Source of the DNA: a bacterium
GTDB taxonomy: Bacteria > SAR324 > XYD2-FULL-50-16
DNA length: 64,000 nucleotides
Reading direction: 5' to 3'
Assembly: GCA_032250835.1 (NCBI GenBank)
Contig: JAVVEA010000008.1
Location: 79,943-143,942, forward strand
Positions 40,428 to 49,562 of this stretch are shown here, one piece after another. Positions within the stretch are counted from its first letter, which is position 1; each line of letters opens with the position of its first letter. Position numbers and translations under genes: made by a program. Below the pieces are notes generated by a model, which saw only the letters and a list, made by a program, of their open reading frames with translations, did no database searches and was not told the origin of the DNA.

Positions 40428-41653
40428 GCCGCAAGCTCCGAGAAAAGAGAGATAAAACGGTTCATCACCGGTTGGTTGTCATATTGTTCAAAAAAACGCG
40501 CTTTGGCCTTTTGGCCCATTTCCTGGCGGCGCTGGGGATTTTCTAAAAGGCTGGCTATGGCTTGGGCCAGGGCTTCGGGGTCGTTAGGCGCTATCACCAG
40601 ACCGGTCTGACCATCGGCGACCTGTTCGGGGATTCCCGCTACCTCCGTGCCGATGATCGGCTTGCCCAGAATCATGGCCTCTAAATTAGCGTAAGGGAAA
40701 TCTTCAAAGTCCACCGAAGGCATCAAAAAAAGGTCCGCATCGACAAGATATTCCACCACATTGCTGCGGTGGCCCGGCAAATGGACCTTTCCGCTCAACC
40801 CTAATTGTTTGATAGAGGCCTCTAAGGGAGCGCGCAGTTCGCCTTCGCCAAAAATAAAGAGTTGGGCCTCGCCCAACTGTTCTTTGATCCGACCCAGCGC
40901 CTCCACCGCCACCTGGTATCCTTTGCGCCAAGTCAAATGACCTGCGGCAACCATTACCGGAGTTTGGGGGGTTATTCCAAATTCTTGGCGTAGTTTGCCC
41001 GGTTGCAGCCTGAGTAAGGCCTCTTGATCCCCCAAGCAGTTGGGCAGATCGCTCCAAAGCTCAGGGGCAATCCCCCGGTTTTTAATCAACTGCCTACCGG
41101 CTGCTTTAGACGCGGTCACCCAGCGGTCTACCGAGCGGCGTACTTGCTCGTCTCGCTGGTGTTGTGCCGCCCCCTGGGGGCGGGTGGCTAGGTTGTTGAT
41201 CATCATGACCACGCCCGGAACACCTGCCTGTTTGGCCGCTACCGCTGCGTTCAGACAACTGGCTGCGCCGGGGTAGCCGCCGTTGTTGATGAAGACCACA
41301 TCTGGCCGGTTCTGCTCAAAAAGCTGACGTAAAACCGGTAAATTGGCTTGTTCCAGGCGGCCCAACCTTTCAGCGGTGACCATCGGCGCTTTGAGTAATT
41401 TTTTTAGCAGCTTGGGCAGGTTTTTCTGGTGGATTTTAAAATAGCAGCCATCAAAACTTTTGATTTTAAGGGGGAGCACTTCAAAGGGCAGCTCTAGCGC
41501 TTCGACGCCCCTTCGGTAGGCTTCATGGTCGCGGAAGGCAAACTGCACCTCAAAGGCCTCAAAGAGTTGTGGGCTTTGGAATAGGTTGGTTAAGACCTTC
41601 TCAGAGCCGCCAAAAAGGATGCAGTCTGAATAGACTAAAAGCTTCTTTTTCAT
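40424..41653 (-). CDS. GT4-family glycosyltransferase
   Basis: FGGSEK, KGY, DLFLMPS..FEDFP...LEAM..GKPII, G-PEQV; ATG at 41653 preferred. Confidence 0.92.
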   Translation of the reverse strand: MKKKLLVYSDCILFGGSEKVLTNLFQSPQLFEAFEVQFAFRDHEAYRRGVEALELPFEVLPLKIKSFDGCYFKIHQKNLPKLLKKLLKAPMVTAERLGRLEQANLPVLRQLFEQNRPDVVFINNGGYPGAASCLNAAVAAKQAGVPGVVMMINNLATRPQGAAQHQRDEQVRRSVDRWVTASKAAGRQLIKNRGIAPELWSDLPNCLGDQEALLRLQPGKLRQEFGITPQTPVMVAAGHLTWRKGYQVAVEALGRIKEQLGEAQLFIFGEGELRAPLEASIKQLGLSGKVHLPGHRSNVVEYLVDADLFLMPSVDFEDFPYANLEAMILGKPIIGTEVAGIPEQVADGQTGLVIAPNDPEALAQAIASLLENPQRRQEMGQKAKARFFEQYDNQPVMNRFISLFSELAA

Positions 41654-41776
41654 GTCGCTTAAATGAAAAGGCCGCCAACTGGGGGCTGGCCCCAGAAAGC
41701 CTGGGGGCAATGATGCAAGCGCCAGTATGGAGAATTCGGGTGGCAATTGCAACGGCCTTGCTCAGCGGCAAAGGCG

Positions 41777-42229
41777 CTATTTTTCTTGGCGGCGGCTCAA
41801 TTCCTTGCTGATTTCCAAAGCCAACTGCTGCGCTTTTTCAGTGATGTCGGCGCGCAACCGGTTAAACTGGTGCGGGATCACTGGCTCACGGCCCGTCACC
41901 CAGCGCAACGCTTCGGCCCGTTCTTGGGTGAGTGTTAAATGGATTTCTTTGGGGCAGGTCTCTTCTAAGATGGCTTCAAGAGGCTTGTCACCATATTCTT
42001 TGGTGATCTGGGCTTCGATTTTTTGGTAAGAGGATAAGGCCTGTAAAAAGGGCGTTAAGATGTTTAATAACTGCGCACTGCTGCGTCCTTCAACGGCTAG
42101 GTCGCGGTGCTGGTGGTAAAACTCAAAGACCGCCAGCTCATAGTCCACCTGCAAGACCGCACGGCAGGACAGGGCCCAGACCGGCAGGGCCCAGAAAATC
42201 AATAACAACGTCAAGAGATAGCGGCCCAT
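41777..42229 (-). CDS. Hypothetical exported protein
   Basis: Signal peptide, two Cys, GGAG RBS. Confidence 0.65.
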   Translation of the reverse strand: MGRYLLTLLLIFWALPVWALSCRAVLQVDYELAVFEFYHQHRDLAVEGRSSAQLLNILTPFLQALSSYQKIEAQITKEYGDKPLEAILEETCPKEIHLTLTQERAEALRWVTGREPVIPHQFNRLRADITEKAQQLALEISKELSRRQEK

Positions 42230-42332
42230 AAAGCTCCGGTTTGGGGGTGTCTCAACCTAACCTAGCCGGTCCAAGACTGGCAAGTTGCGCTTGGGCCTTT
42301 CTAAGTCCATTCGGCTCTGGTATCTTGAGGAC

Positions 42333-43169
42333 ATGAATCTAACCTTACCACCCGAACGATCCCTGGGCCGCTTTGTGGCTCTCTCCTTGGCACTGCACCT
42401 GGCTTTGTTGCTGCTTTGGCTCATGGCTCTGCCCCAGCCCGTTGAGCCACCCCAGCGCTTTGAGGTCCAATGGATCGACCCCCAGGCAACCCGCAAAGAG
42501 GCCACCAAGCCCGCACCTAAGCAAGCTCCGCCGACCAAAGAGGCCCCGGCCCCGGCCAAAAAAGCGGCCCCGGCGGCACCGAAACCGGCCCCTAAGCCCA
42601 GCTTAGACCTCAGCCCGGCACCCTTGGGGCTGGCCGGCGGGGGCTTGAGTTTGGGCGGAGGTGAATTAAACCCCCAGGGGCCCAGTACCCGCCAACTGGG
42701 TCGCCCCGGGGCTCCCTCGACCCAAGCAGGGCTCGCCGCCCAGGTGGAACCGGGCAGCCCCAAGGGCATCCGCGCCGGAAGCCGGGGAGTTGAAGGCAGT
42801 GCCCGCGAAGGCGGTGCGCCGATTCGCTCCAAAATTCAGGTAAAAGAAAGGCCTGAACAGGGTGGCACTGCGGTCCAGCCCGGTTCGGCAGAAGGCAAAG
42901 GGGCCATTGAAGGCGAGGTACGGGGCCGCCCGATCTTATTTAGGCCCGCTGCACCGGCCTTGAACATCGAACGGGACGTTACCATCACCCTTTCTTTTAC
43001 GGTGCTACCTGACGGTTCGGTCGAAGCCATTGTGCCTTTGGTCAAGGGGGAGCCTAGCTTAGAGGCCTTGGCGATTGATCTCTTGAGCCGGTTCCGCTTC
43101 GAGCCGATCAACGGCACCACCGCCCAACGAGGGGTGATCCATTTTAAACTGCAACGGCAGGGGCGTTGA
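42333..43169 (+). CDS. TonB-like energy transducer
   Basis: TM with SLALH, Pro/Lys/Ala-rich linker, C-terminal V.LSFTVLPDGSV...RFRFEP; ATG at 42333 preferred. Confidence 0.8.
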   Translation: MNLTLPPERSLGRFVALSLALHLALLLLWLMALPQPVEPPQRFEVQWIDPQATRKEATKPAPKQAPPTKEAPAPAKKAAPAAPKPAPKPSLDLSPAPLGLAGGGLSLGGGELNPQGPSTRQLGRPGAPSTQAGLAAQVEPGSPKGIRAGSRGVEGSAREGGAPIRSKIQVKERPEQGGTAVQPGSAEGKGAIEGEVRGRPILFRPAAPALNIERDVTITLSFTVLPDGSVEAIVPLVKGEPSLEALAIDLLSRFRFEPINGTTAQRGVIHFKLQRQGR

Positions 43170-43813
43170 TGAAAAAAATATACTGGGGGCTGCTCTTGCT
43201 TTGCTGGACCTTCCCGCTTCAGGCCCAGTCACTGCGTTTTTTGGACCCTAGCTTGGCTCGCCAGTTTGAAGACCCCGAAGGGCAATACACTCAAGCCCGT
43301 TCCCCGGCAACCTTCGCGGCCCCCGAAGACCCCGACGGGCGGATGTCTTTGCGCTTCACCAACTGCAATGGATATTTAGACGCCTCCATCGGCGGCTATC
43401 AGCCCGTAGGCGGGGCGGACTACCAAGCGGCCTTTGAATACCGCAACTGTGCGCTATTGTGGTTGTTGGTTAGGAGCCGCCCTAGCGCCCCTGCTCCGGC
43501 CCCGGCCATAGAAGAATTGGACCTGTCCGCTTTTGAACCCTTTAAGAGCCAAGGGGCGATCAACTTAAAGGAACTGGCGGCGATCACTAAGGGGTTATTT
43601 CAGCCCAAACCCAACGGCCTGACCCTCAGTGCCAACGGCCTACAACTAGGGGCCTTTTGGGTTTTAGAAGGAGACCTAGACGGTGAGGGGGGCACGGACC
43701 ATCTGCTGGAACTCCAATTGGGCGCTTCGCGTCAGTGGATATTGGCTTTAAGCCGCCCCGGTGGGGTTTCGGTGGTTAGCTTAGATGAGTTGATCCGCCA
43801 CAGTCGCCGTTGA
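43166..43813 (+). CDS. Hypothetical exported protein
   Basis: Signal peptide, Cys pair, GDLDGEG motif; coupled to the TonB-like gene. Confidence 0.65.
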   Translation: MMKKIYWGLLLLCWTFPLQAQSLRFLDPSLARQFEDPEGQYTQARSPATFAAPEDPDGRMSLRFTNCNGYLDASIGGYQPVGGADYQAAFEYRNCALLWLLVRSRPSAPAPAPAIEELDLSAFEPFKSQGAINLKELAAITKGLFQPKPNGLTLSANGLQLGAFWVLEGDLDGEGGTDHLLELQLGASRQWILALSRPGGVSVVSLDELIRHSRR

Positions 43814-44624
43814 GGGCTACTTGAAGCAGTAATAGGGCGCTGCGCGCCGCTTCGGCCTGTTCCCCGCGCTTGCGGTAAGAGCCCATCAAGGGGACTCTTA
43901 AGGGGCGGTCGCCGGAAACCACCACCAAGTTCTTGTCCAGCTGCCCCGCCCAAGCTTGGGGTAAATAGGCCGCCCCGCCTCGCTGGTTTAAGAGCCCTAA
44001 GACTGCATGGGGGCTATCTAAGCCAAATCTAGCCAAGCGGGCTTCGGGGTGCCTACGGGCATGTAGGCTGCGTAAGTTGGCCCCCCAGTCGATTTCGATC
44101 ATCGAACCGGTCCAATCTTCGGGGGTCGATGACACCAATACCAAAGGCAACTCGCCCAACTGCAATACCTCTAACCCCGCTCCTTTGGGGGCCTCGAACC
44201 CTAAATATAGGTCCCACTCTCCGCCCAATAGGTTGGGCGTATGGGCTTGGCTGGAAAGACGCAAGGCCCATTTTGGCTGGTCCCGATCGATTTGGTCGAT
44301 CCAAAGGGCGGCGTAAAGCTCTAAGGCCGCCGGGGCCAAGGCAACGCTCAGCCGCACTTGTCCTTCGGCCCCTTGATTGACCAGTTCCTTGCTTTCCTCC
44401 CACAGCGCTAACATCCGCACCGCTTGCTTCGAAAAGCTTTGGCCCGGCTCGCTCAGCCGCACTCCACTGCTGCCCCGGACAAATAATTTCTGGCCTAACT
44501 CATCTTCTAAAAGGCGGATTCTCGCGCTGACCGCGGATTGGGTTAAGTGCAGGTTGGCGGCAGCTTGACCAAAGTGGCCGGTGCGGCTGACTTCCAAAAA
44601 TGTTTTGAGTAAATCTAAATCCAT
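43776..44624 (-). CDS. LysR-family regulator (HdfR-like N-terminus)
   Basis: [35 protein letters not shown]. Confidence 0.92.
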   Translation of the reverse strand: [282 protein letters not shown]

Positions 44625-44783
44625 CGACTCCTTAGGGTTGTCTCCCCTTTTTCTAGGGTTTTGGGGTTACGGGCAATCAATTTTTTTTATGGAGCCCAAC
44701 AAAAAGATTCGTTGGCAATCAATCCGGCCAAGCCCTACCTTAGAATATCCCTTTTCTATCAACCCCCCGTAGTTTGAGGAATC

Positions 44784-45005
44784 ATGAAAGGACTGCTGAT
44801 TGGTTTGGTTTTTTTGTTCTCTTTTAGCGCCGTTGCCTTCGCTGAAATGGATGAAAGCGGTTTTGAAGAACAGTGCCGCAAAAACGCTATGGAACATGAA
44901 ATCCCCGCTTCTGAGATGGAAGACTACGTAGACAGCTGCGTACAAGAGATGATGGACCAAGGCCAGCAAGACGCAGAGCCCGCTCAGGGCCCCGAGCAAG
45001 GCTAG
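44784..45005 (+). CDS. Small acidic exported protein with Cys pair
   Basis: GAGGA RBS, signal peptide AVAFA, divergent from LysR, followed by a terminator. Confidence 0.75.
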   Translation: MKGLLIGLVFLFSFSAVAFAEMDESGFEEQCRKNAMEHEIPASEMEDYVDSCVQEMMDQGQQDAEPAQGPEQG

Positions 45006-45018
45006 TCCTAAAAGGAAC

Positions 45019-45063
45019 AAAAAACGCCCGGTCCTTAAATCTTTGAGGGCCGGGTTTTTTTTT
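45019..45063. terminator. Bidirectional intrinsic terminator
   Basis: A-tract, GCCCGGTCC...GGGCCGGGT stem, T-tract. Confidence 0.75.
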
Positions 45064-45158
45064 GCCTTCAGTCTTATCCGCTTAAAGGTCGAGGTGGCGG
45101 AGGACTGGGGTTGATCGCTCAACAGGCCCAGGAATCAGCCCGGCCTGAACCCTGGGCT

Positions 45159-46067
45159 CTAGTCTTTGAGCGACAAAGGGTTGATGTATTTGACTGGGTT
45201 TTGGGGCACCGAATTAAGGATCACCTCATAGTAGAGTTGAGGGCCTGTGGTGCGCGGGGTGTTGAGGATTTGGGCCAATTCGTCGCCCCGGCGGACAATC
45301 GAGCCCGTTTCTACTTGAAGGTTTGAGACATAACCATAGCGGGTGATGATGCCGTTGCCATGGTCAAGCTCTAACAAGTGGCCGTAGTATTCGTCTTCGC
45401 CTGAAAACTGGACAATGGCGTCAGCCGGAGCGTAGAGCGGCGTGAAGGCCCGGGTGGCAATGGTGATGCCATGTTGGGGACGCAACTGGCCCGAGAAGCT
45501 GTCGTGCAGCACCCCAAATTCGTTGGTTACATATCCTTTTACCGGCCAACCACGGGGCATGCGCTCTAAGGGGTTGGCGTTGCCCGCAAAGAACTCCAAG
45601 AGCTTTTTAAACTGCGCCTCTTGGACCTTTTTGTCGGTGTCGATTTCGGAAATATCCGAGGCGATCACCTCCAAAATACCCATTTTTCGGGCCCGTTCCA
45701 GTTGATCTTTTCGCTCCGTCTCTTCGCCCTCTAAGGTTTGATCCTTGGATTTGGCGGTGAGGCTGGTCAAGCGTTTTAGCTTAACGTAGAGCGAGTTGAG
45801 GTGGTCGAAGTGTTGCCGGGTGGTTTCAAACCGCTCGTTGAATTCGCCGATGCGGGTTTGCTGGGTTTCAAAATGCGCTTGGTTTTCTTCTAAGTTGATC
45901 AGCCGGGAGCGGATCGAAAGGTAGTCATAGACCACCCAGGTCCAGCCCATCAGCCCGATGATGCCAAAGAAACCTAAGATCACCAGCATCTTTAGCGAAA
46001 TCCGGTTCCGCTTGACCTTGCCAGTGCGCTCGGGGATTAAAATGAAGGTGATGTACTTGGAGAACAT
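45159..46067 (-). CDS. M23/LytM-domain protein with degenerate active site
   Basis: TM, coiled coil, WPVKG..T.EFG, DHGNGIITRYG, TGPQLYYEV; zinc ligands replaced. Confidence 0.88.
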   Translation of the reverse strand: MFSKYITFILIPERTGKVKRNRISLKMLVILGFFGIIGLMGWTWVVYDYLSIRSRLINLEENQAHFETQQTRIGEFNERFETTRQHFDHLNSLYVKLKRLTSLTAKSKDQTLEGEETERKDQLERARKMGILEVIASDISEIDTDKKVQEAQFKKLLEFFAGNANPLERMPRGWPVKGYVTNEFGVLHDSFSGQLRPQHGITIATRAFTPLYAPADAIVQFSGEDEYYGHLLELDHGNGIITRYGYVSNLQVETGSIVRRGDELAQILNTPRTTGPQLYYEVILNSVPQNPVKYINPLSLKD

Positions 46068-46073
46068 CGTTAC

Positions 46074-46268
46074 TTAAGACCAGCTGCCGGTGGTGAATTT
46101 GATCGCGAGGATCGCTAAGCCAACGCCGCCTTCTACCAGCGCCAATTGCTTCACGTCCAGATTGGGGAAAAATTCTTTCAGCCAGGACTCCACGCGGGCT
46201 AGATTACTCAAGGCGAACAGGGCGTCGCCGAGCATCAAAAGGGCGATGAAAGTGGTCAGCAGATTCAT
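46074..46268 (-). CDS. Small membrane protein
   Basis: 64 aa, two hydrophobic segments, fills the operon gap. Confidence 0.6.
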   Translation of the reverse strand: MNLLTTFIALLMLGDALFALSNLARVESWLKEFFPNLDVKQLALVEGGVGLAILAIKFTTGSWS

Positions 46269-46306
46269 GAAGCTAAACTAGCCCATTTTATCCGAAGCAG
46301 CAATGC

Positions 46307-47944
46307 TTATTGGGTGGAGATAGCGGTAGCGGCGGTGCCCAAAAGAGACTTCAGGTAGTCTTCGGTAAAGCGGATACCCATGCCCAGGTAGGGACTTTTA
46401 AAGGCTTGCCCGCTGGTGTTAGACTGGGTGTTTAAGAGGTCGTCCATACCCCCGACGACATAAAAGTTCTGCGCAAAGCGCCAAGCACCCCCGGCCCGAA
46501 GGTGGGTGGGCAGGTCGCCGGTACGGTTGAATTCAAAGGCATCGAACCGGAAGCTATACTGGTCGCCGCGCCCAAAGTATTGTTCTAAGCCAAAGCCCGC
46601 CGTACCCTCGTTTAGGCCAAAGGAAAGCTCTGTATCAAAGTAGCGCTGCACAATCATCGCCGTGATTAAGTACTTGTCGGCCGTTTGGTATTCGGTCAAG
46701 TCGCTGATCACCACATCGGTACTGGTGTCCGTTGTTTCGGTGCGGGTGCTGGTGATCTTGCCTTCGGGGTGGTTGACTAGCCGCAGTTGGTAATAATGGT
46801 CGCGCACCGGGCGGATGTTGAGGTCTACATATGATTTATAGGTACCTCGGGTAATCATCTGCTCGGTCTGGAAGCCCACGTCAATGCGCAATTTGTTCAT
46901 CGGGTTGATGAACTCGTTGACGCCGTCTAGCGCGGTGTTGATCGAGTTGATGGTCTCTTCGTCGTTGACCAACCGACCCAAGGTTCCCTGGCCGGAGTCG
47001 ATCTTATAGGCTATCTGGTCCACCGAATCCATGGCCGAATTTAAATTGGCCGAAGCCTCTTTGATTTCGGACATCGTTTGGCGGAGATTGTCGCGGTTTT
47101 CTTTTAAGATGCCCTTTAAGTCCCCGGTGATCTCAGGACCGTCTTCAGAGAGCTTGGCCATAAAATAGTCCAAATTCTCCAAGGTGCGGTTCAGGTCCGA
47201 TTCGTTGTTGTCCACAAACCGGTTGAGGCTCTCAGAAAAGTCGCGCAGGTTGGCCAACAGGTGGTGCACCTCGTCGCGGTTGTCGGCGGTGATCCCCGCC
47301 AAGTCGCTGCTAAAGCTTTCGAGGCTGCTTAAGATGGGCCCGATTTTTTGGTTGGTCTTGTCTAAGACTTGATCCAAGTTAGCGGTCAACCCTTCGACGT
47401 TGCTTAAGACGCGCTTGAGTTGTGCTTCTCCCTTTTCGCCACCCAAAGAAGCGTTCAGGGCTTTGGTGACGCTGCGCACGTCGCTCAAGATATAACTTAA
47501 GTCTTCGATCAAGCTGTCTAAGTCTGCGCCGGGCTCAACCAGCTGGATCCGGTCGCCGGACTGTAAGGCCTGCTGGTTGTTACTGCCTAAGCTGACTTCA
47601 ATGTATTTGTCGCCTAAGATGCCGATGGATTTGATCATGGCGCGGCTGTTGGTGCGCAAGCGATATTTGTCCATGATCGAAACGGTCACCTCGGCTTCGC
47701 CGTCGACTAGTTCAATGCTACTGACCTCGCCCACGGTGATCCCCGCTACCTTAACGGCCGTACCGGTAACTAAGCCGCTGACGTTTTCGAAGGTGACTTT
47801 AAGTGAATAGGTGCCCGAAAGGTCGGGGTCGTAGCGCGTCACCTGGATCGAGGCGATCATCAACAGACCCGTACCGGCCAGAATCAACAGGCCCACGTTC
47901 ATTTCGGTTTTGAGACCGGCCAGCTTTTTTAGGAATTGGAACAT
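46307..47944 (-). CDS. mlaD: Long MCE/MlaD-family protein
   Basis: TM, MCE domain (F-NVSGL-G-AV-VAGI-VGEV, GILGDKYIEV), long helical region, beta-rich C-terminus. Confidence 0.88.
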   Translation of the reverse strand: MFQFLKKLAGLKTEMNVGLLILAGTGLLMIASIQVTRYDPDLSGTYSLKVTFENVSGLVTGTAVKVAGITVGEVSSIELVDGEAEVTVSIMDKYRLRTNSRAMIKSIGILGDKYIEVSLGSNNQQALQSGDRIQLVEPGADLDSLIEDLSYILSDVRSVTKALNASLGGEKGEAQLKRVLSNVEGLTANLDQVLDKTNQKIGPILSSLESFSSDLAGITADNRDEVHHLLANLRDFSESLNRFVDNNESDLNRTLENLDYFMAKLSEDGPEITGDLKGILKENRDNLRQTMSEIKEASANLNSAMDSVDQIAYKIDSGQGTLGRLVNDEETINSINTALDGVNEFINPMNKLRIDVGFQTEQMITRGTYKSYVDLNIRPVRDHYYQLRLVNHPEGKITSTRTETTDTSTDVVISDLTEYQTADKYLITAMIVQRYFDTELSFGLNEGTAGFGLEQYFGRGDQYSFRFDAFEFNRTGDLPTHLRAGGAWRFAQNFYVVGGMDDLLNTQSNTSGQAFKSPYLGMGIRFTEDYLKSLLGTAATAISTQ

Positions 47945-47953
47945 GGCCCCTCG

Positions 47954-48703
47954 CTAATAATAGACATTGAAGGGACCTTCCAGTTCGCCGTGGACGAACT
48001 GATGAACCAAGGCGTCGTCGCTGTTGCGGATTTCTTCGGGCGTACCCTGCGCGACCACTTGGCCTTCGTAGATCATGCTGATCTGATCGGCAATATGGTA
48101 GACCGAGTTCATGTCGTGGCTGATCACCACGTAGGTACAACCCGTCTCCTTTTGGGTATCCAAAATCAATTGGTCGATCACCGAGGTCACAATTGGGTCC
48201 AGCCCGCTGGAGGGCTCGTCAAATAAGACCACGTCGGGGTCTAAGGCGATAGCGCGGGCCAAACCCACCCGCTTGCGCATCCCGCCTGAAAGATCGGCGG
48301 GCCGTTTGGTTTCGGCCTTGACCAAGCCGACCAAGCGTAGCTTGCGGCGCACGATCTCGTCGATCTCTTCACGGCTTTTGTCGGTGTGTTCTAGTAGAGG
48401 GAAGGCAACGTTTTCCCAGACGTTCATGCTGTCGAAAAGAGCGGAATCTTGGAACAACATGCCGAACTTTTTGCGCTTATCGCGCCATTGGTTGGCGTTC
48501 CAGTCGCTGCTATCTTGTCCGTCGATGAAAACCTTGCCTTGGTCGGGCTTTAAAAAGCCCATGATGTGTTTGAGCACCACCGATTTGCCCGCACCAGAGC
48601 GCCCGATGACCACGCTGATCTTTCCCTTGGGAAAGGTCAGGTTGACGCCGTGTAGGATCTTCTGGGGCCCGAAAGCCTTGTGGACGTTCTCGAATCGGAT
48701 CAT
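47954..48703 (-). CDS. mlaF: MCE-transporter ABC ATPase
   Basis: GRSGAGKS, FQDSALFDSM, LSGGMRKRVGLARA, DEP-SGLDP, ISHD. Confidence 0.93.
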   Translation of the reverse strand: MIRFENVHKAFGPQKILHGVNLTFPKGKISVVIGRSGAGKSVVLKHIMGFLKPDQGKVFIDGQDSSDWNANQWRDKRKKFGMLFQDSALFDSMNVWENVAFPLLEHTDKSREEIDEIVRRKLRLVGLVKAETKRPADLSGGMRKRVGLARAIALDPDVVLFDEPSSGLDPIVTSVIDQLILDTQKETGCTYVVISHDMNSVYHIADQISMIYEGQVVAQGTPEEIRNSDDALVHQFVHGELEGPFNVYY

Positions 48704-48729
48704 GCCTATTGGGGTAAGACCCCATTTAA

Positions 48730-49557
48730 TTACAGTAAAAAGGCACCGACAAAGTAGTCGGCAACCAAGATCACCACCGAGCCAACCACCACCGCTTGGG
48801 TAGTCGCCACGCCGACGCCCTCTGCGCCGCCGCTGGTGTAATATCCTTTGTAGCAGCCGATAAATGCGAGAATGAAGCCAAACAAGGAAGATTTGGCCAA
48901 GCCCTTGAAAATCTCTTTTAGGGTGACAAAGTCGGAGATCTTGGCGAAGTAGATACCTGAGTCTAAATCCAGCAAGGGCACAGCGATCAGATAGCTGGAG
49001 AGCATGCCCACCATGTTGAAGATCATGGTCATCACCGGCAAAATAAAGAACCCGGCGAAAAGCCTAGGGGCGATCAGGTATTGCACCGGATCGACGGCCA
49101 TAGATTCCAAAGCGTCTATCTGTTCGGTGACCCGCATGGTGCCGATTTCTGCGGCAATGGCCGAAGCCACCCGGCCATTGATCATCAACGCCGCCATCAA
49201 AGGCCCCATCTCACGCGCCATGATCAGGCCCACCAACCCGCCGACCATCTGCTCACCCGAGAAGGCGCGCAGCGTGTTGGTCAATTGCAGGCTCAAAATA
49301 GCCCCCACCGCAAAGCCGGTCAGAAGGATCACGACGATCGAGCGGTTGCCGATAAATTCGAGTTGTTTGAAGTAGAGGTGCCAGCGGAAGGGAGGCTTGA
49401 ACATGGCCGATACCCCTTCGCCCATCAGAAACCCTGCCCGGCCAAGCTTTAAGACCCAGTTCATGGCCCAACGGCCCAGCGATTCGGGCAGTTCGCGGTA
49501 GCGCCGCTCCGCAAAATAACGGAGCAACGCTTGGGCAATAGCAGAGGGGCCTTTCAC
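48730..49557 (-). CDS. mlaE: MCE-transporter permease
   Basis: REMGP, GRVAS-IAAEIGTMRVTEQIDAL, GAEGVG-ATT-AVV. Confidence 0.95.
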   Translation of the reverse strand: MKGPSAIAQALLRYFAERRYRELPESLGRWAMNWVLKLGRAGFLMGEGVSAMFKPPFRWHLYFKQLEFIGNRSIVVILLTGFAVGAILSLQLTNTLRAFSGEQMVGGLVGLIMAREMGPLMAALMINGRVASAIAAEIGTMRVTEQIDALESMAVDPVQYLIAPRLFAGFFILPVMTMIFNMVGMLSSYLIAVPLLDLDSGIYFAKISDFVTLKEIFKGLAKSSLFGFILAFIGCYKGYYTSGGAEGVGVATTQAVVVGSVVILVADYFVGAFLL

Positions 49558-49562
49558 CGTCG

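Noticed and set aside
44667-45122. 151-aa minus-strand ORF
   Set aside because: Antisense to a better-supported gene that has an RBS, signal peptide and terminator
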